64,000 bases of DNA from an uncultured Bacteroidales bacterium (GCA_963791065.1 CAWBQN010000026.1:217-64216), one strand, 5' to 3'. Positions 18,776 to 28,684 are shown, counted from the first letter of the stretch. Translations and numbers: made by a program. The notes: generated by a model from the letters alone, not told the origin.

Positions 18776-21700
18776 ATGCTAAGCATAAAGTTAGCTATAC
18801 AATCAATTAAATTCTATAAAAATCAGGTTGTAAACCAGGTTCTTATCATCGTATTGCTGACAGCCGTAATAACCGGTTCGCTGCTGACGGGAAGTTCTGT
18901 CAAGGAGAGCCTGATAAGGACCGCTTCGCAACGCCTTGGCAACGCTGACATTGTGATTAGTACAGGAAACAGATATTTTAGTCGTGACCTTGGTTTAAGA
19001 ATGCATGAAAAATCAGGTATTTCAAGCACAGGATTGCTGGAAACCAAAGGTTACTGTCAGGTACTGAATAGTCAGAAGGGATCATTCAACACAAATATTT
19101 ACGGTATCACTGAAGATTTTTTTGGTTTCCAGGGATTTGATACAATAAATCTGAGGCCGGGAGAAATTATTATTAACAGCAAGCTGGCCGGAATACTCGG
19201 AGCTAAGGTGGGTGACGACATTATGATACGTTACAAAGAGATAAGCTACATACCCTCTGATGCTCCTTTTGCCCCTTCAAAAGATGAAAGTAAATCGATT
19301 GTAATGAAGATCGGACGTATTCTGCCACCTGATCAGGTTGGCAGCTTTTCATTGTCAATCAGTCAGATCACACCTTCAAATATTTTTGTGAATCTCTCCG
19401 ATCTGGAAGATAATCCGGATAATTCACTGAAGATTAACCGGCTGCTTATAAAGCAAATAAGTTCAAATTCGCTGAAGAAAGTATCGCAGGAATTGAAAAG
19501 CTCATTGAGGCTTTCCGATATAGGACTAAAGTTAAGAAAGGTGTCAAAGACCGGTGAATATGAACTTATATCTGACAGGATATTTATAGATAGATCAATT
19601 ATTAATGAGATCAATAAGATTCTCCCGAATTCCTCGCCTGTCATTACTTACCTTGGAAACAAGTTTGTCGCTGGCTCTGAATTTACTCCGTATTCATTTG
19701 TTTCAGCTTTACCTGCAGCACTTTATCCTGAAATCCCCGGTGATAACGGAATGATAATAAACAGGTGGATGGCAGAAGATCTTTCAGTTGGTGAAGGCGA
19801 TACAATTCAAATGTACTGGTATTCTCCTGATTCCCTGAAAAAGCTTGTTGAAAGAAACAGCAGGTTCATTGTAAAGAAAGTTGTTGACATGAAAGGTATC
19901 TGGTCGGATTCACTGCTGATGCCTGAATTTCCAGGGATCTCAGGAAAAGAATCTTGTTCAGACTGGGATGCTGGCGTAATGATAAAAACCGATGAAATAC
20001 GGAATAAGGATGAGCAATACTGGAAAAGATACAAAGGTACACCGAAAGCCTTTATAGCTTATGAAAAAGGCAGGGAATTATGGGGTAATAATTTTGGACC
20101 TGCTACCGCGCTGCGCTATCCAGCAGGAATGACCGCCATGCAGATCACCGATAAGCTTGAAGGATCGCTTGATCCTGCGGATATGGGTTTTATTATCACC
20201 GATCTGGCTGATGAATCGGTTAAAGCAGCAAATACAGGTGTGGATTTCGGTTCTCTTTTTTTAAGCCTTGGATTCTTTCTCATTGTGGCTTCACTGGTCT
20301 TGTTGTCTTTTGCTGCCTCTTCATATTTCTATGCCAAAAGAGATCATATAAATACATTATTTGCCCTCGGCTTTAAAAACAGTCAGATTTTGCGACTGTT
20401 GTTCATGGAAAGCGGATTGATTGCTCTGACTGGCTGTTTTGCCGGGGCATTCGCCGGATACCTGGTAACTTTAGCAATTGCAGGTGCTCTCAATTCAGTA
20501 TGGAAGGGAGCCGTCCAGACAGATACGATTGGCGCTTTCTTTAACTTACTGCCAATTTGTTATGGCTTTCTCTTGACATTTCTTACGATAATGACCCTCA
20601 TGTTTATTAAGATAAAGCGATATCTCAACCGACTGACCACAGGTCGAATGGAGAAATATACAATTCCCTCAGCAACTCATAATGCCACCCTGGTGTCAGT
20701 TTCAGCAATCATAACAGTTTCACTGTTTATAATGGCGTCAAAATTCAGCAGCCAGCGAATGCTATTTTCTTTTTCCGCCGGTGCCATGCTTCTGGTTACA
20801 CTTATGCTTTCATGGAGACAGTATTTTATCAGCAGGACTGTTAACGCCCGGATTTCAATTAAGAACAGAAAGCAACTGTCACATTTATTCTATTCATTCA
20901 ACCCTTCAGTTGCAATCACTCCTATTCTATTTATCGCTGCCGGCATTTTTACGGTCTTTATAACTGGAGCCAACAGAATGAATTTCAGTGAAAAGCAGAT
21001 GAACAGGTCGGGAGGTACCGGCGGATATTTGCTTTGGTGTGAAAGCTCAATTCCTGTAATGGCAGATCCTAATACCGTACCGGGAAGGAAAACTCTTGGA
21101 TTCGACAGTGATCAGCTTTCCGGAATGAGCTTTGTCCTCCTAAAAAGATCTGCGGGCAACGATGCAAGCTGCCTTAACCTTAATCATATAATGTCACCTC
21201 CTATCCTTGGAGTTGATCCTGAGGTGTTCATAAAAAATAAATCATTCTCATTTGCAGGTTCCGTTGCAGGGAAAAAGCAAGGCAATCCCTGGGATTACCT
21301 GAATCTTCCGCCGGTGCATAATACTATATATGGAATTGCAGATCAGACGGTTCTTGAGTGGGGACTAAAGATAAAAACAGGAGATACATTAGTTATGAGA
21401 GCCGAAAATGGTCAGCTACTGAAAATAATTATTGCAGCAGGTCTGCAATCTTCTGTATTTCAGGGTAATGTATTGATTGCCATGCGCAATTTCACAATAT
21501 TCTACCCTTCCGTGCCGGGAAGTCAGGTGATGCTCGTAGATGGTGACAGGTCATTGATCGATATATACAAAAACTCTCTTGCTGAACGATTGGAGAATTA
21601 TGGAGTGGATATCGAAAAAACATCTGATCGCCTTGCTTCATTTTACCAGGTTACCAATACCTATCTTTCAGTATTTGGAATATTCGGCGCTCTTGGAATG

Positions 21701-22036
21701 GTGATAGGTATCGCCGGACTTGGATTTGTTCTGCTGAGAAATTATAACCAGCGAAAACAAGAATTTGCCCTGCTTCTTGCCACAGGGTTTCGTATAAAAC
21801 AGATACAACAAATGATTCTCAGTGATCAGGTTCTGATACTCTTTGCCGGGGTATCATCCGGCATCATTTCTGCTCTTGCTGCAACTTCGGTTTCGATACA
21901 AAGCAGCCCGGGCATACCATGGCTGTTTCTGATCATCATGATACTGGCAATTCTTGCAACAGGCATAGTTGCCTTGTTATTGTCGGTACGGTCTGTGACA
22001 AGGACTTCCTTAATATCAAGCTTAAAGAATGAATAG
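18776..22036 (+). CDS. Large FtsX/LolE/MacB-type ABC permease (two repeats)
   Basis: Two large periplasmic domains each followed by an FtsX-like TM bundle (KRDHINTLFALGF; QRKQEFALLLATGF). Directly follows the ATPase. Confidence 0.88.
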   Translation: MLSIKLAIQSIKFYKNQVVNQVLIIVLLTAVITGSLLTGSSVKESLIRTASQRLGNADIVISTGNRYFSRDLGLRMHEKSGISSTGLLETKGYCQVLNSQKGSFNTNIYGITEDFFGFQGFDTINLRPGEIIINSKLAGILGAKVGDDIMIRYKEISYIPSDAPFAPSKDESKSIVMKIGRILPPDQVGSFSLSISQITPSNIFVNLSDLEDNPDNSLKINRLLIKQISSNSLKKVSQELKSSLRLSDIGLKLRKVSKTGEYELISDRIFIDRSIINEINKILPNSSPVITYLGNKFVAGSEFTPYSFVSALPAALYPEIPGDNGMIINRWMAEDLSVGEGDTIQMYWYSPDSLKKLVERNSRFIVKKVVDMKGIWSDSLLMPEFPGISGKESCSDWDAGVMIKTDEIRNKDEQYWKRYKGTPKAFIAYEKGRELWGNNFGPATALRYPAGMTAMQITDKLEGSLDPADMGFIITDLADESVKAANTGVDFGSLFLSLGFFLIVASLVLLSFAASSYFYAKRDHINTLFALGFKNSQILRLLFMESGLIALTGCFAGAFAGYLVTLAIAGALNSVWKGAVQTDTIGAFFNLLPICYGFLLTFLTIMTLMFIKIKRYLNRLTTGRMEKYTIPSATHNATLVSVSAIITVSLFIMASKFSSQRMLFSFSAGAMLLVTLMLSWRQYFISRTVNARISIKNRKQLSHLFYSFNPSVAITPILFIAAGIFTVFITGANRMNFSEKQMNRSGGTGGYLLWCESSIPVMADPNTVPGRKTLGFDSDQLSGMSFVLLKRSAGNDASCLNLNHIMSPPILGVDPEVFIKNKSFSFAGSVAGKKQGNPWDYLNLPPVHNTIYGIADQTVLEWGLKIKTGDTLVMRAENGQLLKIIIAAGLQSSVFQGNVLIAMRNFTIFYPSVPGSQVMLVDGDRSLIDIYKNSLAERLENYGVDIEKTSDRLASFYQVTNTYLSVFGIFGALGMVIGIAGLGFVLLRNYNQRKQEFALLLATGFRIKQIQQMILSDQVLILFAGVSSGIISALAATSVSIQSSPGIPWLFLIIMILAILATGIVALLLSVRSVTRTSLISSLKNE

Positions 22037-22042
22037 TGATGA

Positions 22043-23401
22043 TCAATTTTTCCCCACCCCGACAAGATACTTCTGAGTTCTGAAAATAATCATGCCATCA
22101 GTGATCGCAGGTGCTGTCATACAGATATCATTCATTGGAATTTCTGCGAGAAGCTTAAAAGTATCACCATCCTGCACTATATAAATTGTGCCCTCTTCAT
22201 CAACAATATAAATTCTCCCATCCGACGCAACCGGTGATGCTATAAAACTTTTTGTATTTCCGAGCTTTGCATTATAGATTTCTTTTCCTGTAAGAGGGTC
22301 GAGACAAATCAATACCCCATTCCAGTTAACATTATAAAGATGATTTTTATACAGAAGCAACGTATGCATATACGATCCGCCTCGTGGCAGGCTCCATTTT
22401 ATATATTCATTGGATGTTTCTGTTTCCTTCAGAGTAATATCTCCGGCAGCATTTGTCTTAACCGCTATTATGGGAGAATATCGCCCGTGTGCGCTGTTAA
22501 AGTATATCAGGTCATTTCCTATAATTGGCGTCGGTATCTGAATATCTCCGCCACCTGACATTTTCCAGACTTCTTTTCCTGTTTCAAAGTCATATCCGCC
22601 TCTATTTTTATATCCGTTAAGTGCAACATAGGTCTTGCCGGCGTTAGTATAGATATTCGGAGTACACCATCCGGGATACTCATCACGTTGTGTTTTCCAG
22701 AGCTCTTTTCCTGTTTTAACGTTGTAGGCTGCAACAAAAGAGTTCTCAAGAACATCGCACTGAACAATCAGCACACCTTTATATATAACAGGAGAACTGG
22801 CAAACTCCCATTCTGCTGATTTTACTGCAAAGAAAACGGACCGCAGCAGTCCGAAGTTTTTCTGCCATACAAGATTGCCTTTCATGTCATAGCAAAAAAG
22901 GCCTTCAGACCCGAAGAAAGCAACGACATATTTGCCATCAGTGGCTACTGAGGTGTTTGCATGGGTTGATTTTGGATGACGTTTCATTCTGGGTATTCCT
23001 TTAAATGAGGTTCTCTCCCAAAGGGTCTTCCCGGTATTTTTATCAATACAAAATACTTTCCATTCGTGCACTGATGAGTCTTTTACCGGAGTAATGTCGC
23101 CATATATACCGGGCTTGAATCCTGAGTTATCAGCCTGACCGATAGCACTGGTAATGAATATTTTATTATCCCATATCACCGGGCTGGATAGTCCGAGACC
23201 AGGTATTTCCCTCTTCCACCTTACATTGATCATGTTGAGTATGTCGAAGGATTCGGGAAGGTTTGCATTATCCAGGACGCCGGAAGAGAATTTCCCCCGA
23301 TAAGAGGTCCATTGCCTGTCAGGATTAGTCTGACCGGATATCTCAATTACCGAAAAACCTAAAAATGAGAATAATAATATAAATGCCGGGTACTTTTTCA
23401 T
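22043..23401 (-). CDS. Secreted PQQ-binding-like beta-propeller protein (paralogue 1)
   Basis: Signal ISG|QT, QWTSYRG, GLSSPVIW, FASSPVI, ASPVASDGRIY, APAITDGMIIFRT. Confidence 0.87.
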   Translation of the reverse strand: MKKYPAFILLFSFLGFSVIEISGQTNPDRQWTSYRGKFSSGVLDNANLPESFDILNMINVRWKREIPGLGLSSPVIWDNKIFITSAIGQADNSGFKPGIYGDITPVKDSSVHEWKVFCIDKNTGKTLWERTSFKGIPRMKRHPKSTHANTSVATDGKYVVAFFGSEGLFCYDMKGNLVWQKNFGLLRSVFFAVKSAEWEFASSPVIYKGVLIVQCDVLENSFVAAYNVKTGKELWKTQRDEYPGWCTPNIYTNAGKTYVALNGYKNRGGYDFETGKEVWKMSGGGDIQIPTPIIGNDLIYFNSAHGRYSPIIAVKTNAAGDITLKETETSNEYIKWSLPRGGSYMHTLLLYKNHLYNVNWNGVLICLDPLTGKEIYNAKLGNTKSFIASPVASDGRIYIVDEEGTIYIVQDGDTFKLLAEIPMNDICMTAPAITDGMIIFRTQKYLVGVGKN

Positions 23402-23422
23402 GATTAATTATGTAAAGAATGA

Positions 23423-24784
23423 TTAATTGTTTTTGCCTACGGCGACAAGATATTTCTGAGTCCGGAAGAATATCATACCATCAGTAATCGCCGGAGCTGT
23501 TAAGCATACGTCATTCAGAGGTATTTCAGCGAGTTTCATAAAGGTTGAACCATCCTTAATAATATAAACTGTTCCATGTTCGTCAACTATGTACAGTTTT
23601 CCATCTGATGCTACCGGCGAAGCAATAAAGCTTTGCGTATTTCCAAGTTTTGCATTGTAGAGCACTTTACCAGAAACTGCTTCATAACAGTTTACAGTAC
23701 CATTCCAGTTGATGTTATAAAGATGGTCTCTGTAAACCAGTAAGGTATGAATATATGAACCTCCGCGGGGGATACTCCATTTCACATATTCATTCAGGAT
23801 GCCCGTTGGCTTCAGCGTGAGATCACCCACAGCGTTTGTTTTAATGGCATATATTGGTGAAGAAGGACCATGTGCACTGTTGAAAAATATGAGGCCATTA
23901 TCAATTACCGGGGTTGGGATCGGAACATCGCCGCCTCCCGACATCCACCATATAACCCTTCCTGTTTCAAAATCATATCCGCCCCGGTACTTATATCCGT
24001 TCACAGCGATTCGTGTTTTATCCCCGTCTTTATAGATATTTGGTGTACACCAGCCTGGATATTCGTCCCTTTTTGTCTTCCATAATTCTTTTCCGGATTT
24101 CAGGTCATATGCAGCAAGAAATGAATTTTCAAGCACATCACACTGAATTATCAGTACCCCGTTGTATATTATCGGGGAACTGGCAAACTCCCACTCTGCA
24201 GCAACATAATCGTAAGCAACGGATTTGAGAACACCAAAATTCTTTTTCCAGATAAGCTTCCCATCGTAATCATAACAATATAATCCTTCTGACCCGAAAA
24301 AAGCAACAGCATAATTCCCGTCAGTTGTCATTGAGGCATTGGCATGAGTCGACTTGGGATGACGCCGGATTTTTGGAACTCCTGTGTATGCTGTCCGTTC
24401 CCATATGGTCTTTCCAGAGTTTTTATCAATACAGAAGACCTTCCAGTCATGAACCGAACTGTCGGGAACAGGCATTCCATCTCCATAGACACCTGTCTTT
24501 ATTCCCTGATTGTCCGATTTGCTGACAGAGGTAGTGAGGAATAATTTGTCTCCCCAGATAACGGGGCTTGAAAGACCTAATCCGGGAATCCCGGTTTTCC
24601 ACCTCACATTGATCATTTTATTAATGTCGAAGGATTCGGGAAGGTTAGCATTATCCAGGACGCCGGAAGAGAATTTCCCCCGATAAGAGGTCCATTGCCT
24701 GTCAGGATTAACCTGACATGATGCATCATTAATTACAACGGCTAATAAAAATGAAATAAGTATGAGGACCAGATTTTTATTCAT
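23423..24784 (-). CDS. Secreted PQQ-binding-like beta-propeller protein (paralogue 2)
   Basis: Likely start 24784 (track 24808). Colinear with and highly similar to 22043-23401. Confidence 0.87.
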   Translation of the reverse strand: MNKNLVLILISFLLAVVINDASCQVNPDRQWTSYRGKFSSGVLDNANLPESFDINKMINVRWKTGIPGLGLSSPVIWGDKLFLTTSVSKSDNQGIKTGVYGDGMPVPDSSVHDWKVFCIDKNSGKTIWERTAYTGVPKIRRHPKSTHANASMTTDGNYAVAFFGSEGLYCYDYDGKLIWKKNFGVLKSVAYDYVAAEWEFASSPIIYNGVLIIQCDVLENSFLAAYDLKSGKELWKTKRDEYPGWCTPNIYKDGDKTRIAVNGYKYRGGYDFETGRVIWWMSGGGDVPIPTPVIDNGLIFFNSAHGPSSPIYAIKTNAVGDLTLKPTGILNEYVKWSIPRGGSYIHTLLVYRDHLYNINWNGTVNCYEAVSGKVLYNAKLGNTQSFIASPVASDGKLYIVDEHGTVYIIKDGSTFMKLAEIPLNDVCLTAPAITDGMIFFRTQKYLVAVGKNN

Positions 24785-24840
24785 AGGTTCAGGTGTAAAG
24801 ACTCTCAAATAAACTATTTACCGGGACTTTTAATATTATA

Positions 24841-26238
24841 TTATTTTTGGGAGGGCAGACTGCCGTTGTTCATCCATAAAGTTACCCGGCCCATTCTGTC
24901 AAACGGAGGATAGGCATGCATATCTCCTGTTACAAAATCCATTAATCCGTCATTATTAAAGTCAGCCATTTCAAGTGATAATATGTGAGTAGGAGTGTTA
25001 GCAATATCATGAACCACATACTGCATATTCCCTGTGTTCTCCAGCCAGATAAAACTTTGAGATTCAGGCTTATCCCACAAGTTAAATGCGCTTACGCAAA
25101 ATATGTCCAGATCGCCATCATTATCTATATCAACCGGCCGTGCATTATAAGCTCCTATGAAATTGCAGATCCTGTGGAATTCAAACTTAAGGTTACCCTT
25201 GTTTTCAAGCCATTGAACTCCATGCCAGGGTTTACCTCTGGGCGGTATGTAATCAAATGCATCTCCGTTAGTATATAGTATATCGTCATCACCATCTTTA
25301 TCAAGATCGCAGATATAAATCCCGCTGGAACCAAAGTCTTCATTATCAGAGCCCCATATCAGCTTTGATGTAAAATTCCCTTTCCCGTCATTAATAAAAC
25401 CATAAATCTCCTCCCACTCCTGGCTGACAAGTGAAATTATGTCGAGATCACCATCTTTATCAATATCGACAGGAATGACATTAATAGGACCTGAGAGATT
25501 CTGCAGGACATGGCTTTTGAATTGCCAGTTTCCCAGGTTCTCAAGCCATTGTGTTTCACCATCATCATATCCGAATTGTGCGAGTGCAAGATCAAGATCT
25601 CCATCCTTATCAAAATCCCCTGCCCTGACATCGGAAACACGGGCCGTCTTTTCGATAGCTACATGTTTTTTAAAGTGATTCTTCCCATCATTTTCGAGAA
25701 TAACAACTGAGCCTATTTTATCATTACTTGGAAATATCAGTCCCAGAACTGCAACCAGGATATCGTTATCACCATCCTTGTCAAAATCAATTACCTGAAC
25801 ATGAGCCGGGGCATTCAGGCTATCTGCAATGACTGTTTCTGTGAATACGCCGGCCGGATATTGTCTTATCCAGTTAACCGAGTTACTTCTGCAATCACAA
25901 ACGATTATGTCCATTAAACCGTCTTTATCAAGGTCGGCTGCTTCAACATTCGATATCATAGGAGCTTCAGTAAACTTCTGACCTACAGGCATCGGGTTTA
26001 GAAAATCAATTTTTGCTCCCACAGTGTTGGCTTTGAGCTCTACAGATTCCTTGTTTTTTGCACCTGATTTATTTATAATCCGGTTTATGACTTCCCTCCG
26101 GGTCATACCTTTTTGTTTGGCCTGGTAACTGATCAACAGATACGGGATTCCAATAATAAGAAATAACACTATAACTAATAAAATAAGGTTTTTCAGACCC
26201 TTTTTACGATTTCCCGGAGAAGGTTTATTTTTTGCCAT
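24841..26238 (-). CDS. FG-GAP/VCBS-repeat protein with N-terminal membrane anchor
   Basis: Seven DxDxDG(D)xD repeats (DLDKDGLMD, DFDKDGDND, DFDKDGDLD, DIDKDGDLD, DLDKDGDDD, DIDNDGDLD, DFNNDGLMD) and WLENxG motifs. Confidence 0.88.
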   Translation of the reverse strand: MAKNKPSPGNRKKGLKNLILLVIVLFLIIGIPYLLISYQAKQKGMTRREVINRIINKSGAKNKESVELKANTVGAKIDFLNPMPVGQKFTEAPMISNVEAADLDKDGLMDIIVCDCRSNSVNWIRQYPAGVFTETVIADSLNAPAHVQVIDFDKDGDNDILVAVLGLIFPSNDKIGSVVILENDGKNHFKKHVAIEKTARVSDVRAGDFDKDGDLDLALAQFGYDDGETQWLENLGNWQFKSHVLQNLSGPINVIPVDIDKDGDLDIISLVSQEWEEIYGFINDGKGNFTSKLIWGSDNEDFGSSGIYICDLDKDGDDDILYTNGDAFDYIPPRGKPWHGVQWLENKGNLKFEFHRICNFIGAYNARPVDIDNDGDLDIFCVSAFNLWDKPESQSFIWLENTGNMQYVVHDIANTPTHILSLEMADFNNDGLMDFVTGDMHAYPPFDRMGRVTLWMNNGSLPSQK

Positions 26239-26278
26239 AAGCTGTATTTAGTATTTAGGGAGAAGAAAATATTAACTT

Positions 26279-26286
26279 CAAAAATA
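26279..26286 (-). promoter_or_regulatory. Putative Bacteroidota -7 element for the FG-GAP/PQQ genes
   Basis: Minus strand TATTTTTG, about 40 nt upstream of ATG 26238. Confidence 0.35.
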
Positions 26287-26401
26287 ATCTAAATGTGCTT
26301 TATGACAGCATCGTATTGAAATAAATTAATTATTATTGAAAATTGAAGAATTCTCTTTTCTGAGTTGTGAAAATCAGAATATTTTATGTTATTGTTCTAA
26401 T

Positions 26402-28348
26402 ATGAAAGTTACCGGAAGGCATTTTCTTAATCTCTTAATAATCTTTGGGTTTGGACTGGTTGCAGCTTTGATATGTCAGTCATTCACAGAAAGACCAACC
26501 AGCCGCCATATTCATATAAGAAGTTTCCGGTATGGAAAGGATCCGTATGTAATAAAATGCAACAGGGGTGATACGCTAATTCTGACCTTTTCAACTGATG
26601 ACACCGGGCATTCGTTTTTTCTTCAGGAATTTGATAAAGATGTTAAGATCACTCCCTCCAGTGATGAAGTAGCAGTTTTCAAGACAAGTGATCCTTCTGC
26701 TCAACCTCTTCTTGAAAAAGAAGTTACAATTGTAGCCAGGCATCCTGGTATTAATAACTATATAGTATCGAAAAGCAATTACCGCTGTCATGTATGGTGT
26801 GGTCCCATGCATGCTTTTGAACAGGGCAAGCTTATAATATTACCCAATACTTTGCTTGTCTTCAGTCTGGGCAGTCTCTTCGGAATATTATTTATCTGGC
26901 TGGTATCTGTATTCAGAAATGCAGCTCCGGAAACAAGCAGCAATGATGAGAAAGCCGGCTACAAAGATTTACTAAAAAAATCAGGTTTCTTAAAAGGAGT
27001 TGCAACGTCAAGATATACACAGGCAACGCTTACCATTATTACTATGGTAATGATTTATATAGTAATTCTGACATCGGTTTTTGGTACCAAAGTTTCAGGC
27101 AGGAACCTCGGAGTGCTTTTAATGTGGGCGGTCTGGTTATTTGCCCTGGTAGCAATTATTACCCCATTTTTTGGAAGATTCTGGTGTACGATCTGTCCTT
27201 TGCCTTTTTTCGGAGATCTGATTCAGCGTAAATCATTCTTTAATCCTCTGAAAGGAAAAACCAGAAGCTATAACAATAAATTTTCAGGTCTCTTCCTCAA
27301 ATGGCCCGATTGGTTAAAAAATGACTGGTTGAGATTGCTGGTCTTTCTGGTTCTTGCAACTTTTTCCACAACACTTGTTGCAACTCCATTTATATCTGGC
27401 ATCACAGTGCTGATGTTAATGATTGTACCTACAATAATGTCGGGGATCTGGGAACTGAGAGCATTCTGCCGGTACGTGTGTCCGGTGAGTGTTTTTGTGG
27501 CACCTTTTTCGAGGGTGAGTACTTTATCTCTCCGGAATAAGTCACAGGAAGTATGCAATCAGTGCAAACCGCATTATTGCGAGAATGGTAATACAAACGG
27601 CTGGGCATGCCCTTATGGATTGAATGTCGGTGAGATTAAAGAAAATACGGACTGCGGCCTTTGTCTCGAATGTATACGAAGCTGCTCATATAATAATGTC
27701 TCACTTTTTGCACGACCGTTTGCATCTGAGATTGGAACCCGTAATCTGAGTGAGGCATGGATGTCAATGGCAACGTTTACAATATCAATCATTTATAGTA
27801 TATTATATCTTGGACCCTGGCCCGTGGTTCGCGATTATGTGAATATACTTGACAAGCATAACTGGGGTTTATTCGGAATATATTCACTGTTAATGTGGAC
27901 CTCAGTACTGATCATCATTCCAGGAATTATATATTTTCTTTCCCGGCTTGGCCTCATGCTGGCAGGAATTAAGGTTGGTGCAAAGGAACTATTTCTGGAA
28001 TACGCGGGATCTCTTCTTCCTTTTGCTATGATGAACTGGATAGCTTTTGTGATACCGATGCTCTTTGTAAATGTCACCTTCATAAAGCAATCTATATCTG
28101 ATCCTTTTGGCTGGGGATGGGATTTCTTTGGTACGGCTAATACTCCCTGGCATCAGTTCCTGCCGCAGTTTGTTCCATGGTTTCAGGCATTTGCAGTATT
28201 AACTGGATTATACCTTAGTTTAAGGAATATAAGAAGGTCCGGAAAATTTTTGGATTTGAATCAGACTCAGGTTTTAAAGATCAGCTTACCAATCAGTTTG
28301 TTTCTATCGGGAGTGGCTGCAGCAATGCTTTTCTTCTTTACAAACTAA
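26402..28348 (+). CDS. Cupredoxin-like domain fused to a NapH-type membrane 4Fe-4S protein
   Basis: Likely start ATG 26402. N-terminal TM; GDTLILTFSTDDTGHSFF and YRCHVWCGPMH (CuA-like); FWCTICP, FCRYVCP, CNQC..C..CP, CGLCLECIRSC; many TM helices. Confidence 0.8.
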   Translation: MKVTGRHFLNLLIIFGFGLVAALICQSFTERPTSRHIHIRSFRYGKDPYVIKCNRGDTLILTFSTDDTGHSFFLQEFDKDVKITPSSDEVAVFKTSDPSAQPLLEKEVTIVARHPGINNYIVSKSNYRCHVWCGPMHAFEQGKLIILPNTLLVFSLGSLFGILFIWLVSVFRNAAPETSSNDEKAGYKDLLKKSGFLKGVATSRYTQATLTIITMVMIYIVILTSVFGTKVSGRNLGVLLMWAVWLFALVAIITPFFGRFWCTICPLPFFGDLIQRKSFFNPLKGKTRSYNNKFSGLFLKWPDWLKNDWLRLLVFLVLATFSTTLVATPFISGITVLMLMIVPTIMSGIWELRAFCRYVCPVSVFVAPFSRVSTLSLRNKSQEVCNQCKPHYCENGNTNGWACPYGLNVGEIKENTDCGLCLECIRSCSYNNVSLFARPFASEIGTRNLSEAWMSMATFTISIIYSILYLGPWPVVRDYVNILDKHNWGLFGIYSLLMWTSVLIIIPGIIYFLSRLGLMLAGIKVGAKELFLEYAGSLLPFAMMNWIAFVIPMLFVNVTFIKQSISDPFGWGWDFFGTANTPWHQFLPQFVPWFQAFAVLTGLYLSLRNIRRSGKFLDLNQTQVLKISLPISLFLSGVAAAMLFFFTN

Positions 28349-28517
28349 TTACTGCGTAGAAATTAATATTTGGGTCCTCCCCAGCCTTCCTTCATGGGAG
28401 AAGGAGAATCTAAACCTTTCACCCTTTAGGTGAAATCTACCCTTTATAGATATCTTTAATTTAGATGGAATTATCAGAATTAATTACCTGAAGTAATTAG
28501 AATTACTGGTCATCAGC

Positions 28518-28684
28518 AGGAGATTCCTCACTTCGTTCGGAATGACAATGTTTGCTTAGTTTCGGAGAGAAGAAGTGGCGATTCGCGACACCAATTGGCA
28601 TAAAAATTCTGTTGCGAATCGCCACTTCTTCCCTCAATCTCCATCATATGACTCTGTCATTCCGAACGAAGTGAGGAATCTCCT
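28518..28684. repeat. 167-bp nested inverted-repeat element (REPIN/MITE-like)
   Basis: Perfect 30-bp IR at 28518-28547 / 28655-28684 (AGGAGATTCCTCACTTCGTTCGGAATGACA). Inner 21-bp IR at 28570-28590 / 28610-28630 with one mismatch. Confidence 0.8.

Noticed and set aside
3304-24784. Calling the propellers bamB or PQQ alcohol dehydrogenases
   Set aside because: Six divergent copies, no clear BamB-type lipoprotein context, no vicinal Cys-Cys motif, and no pqq genes in the window.
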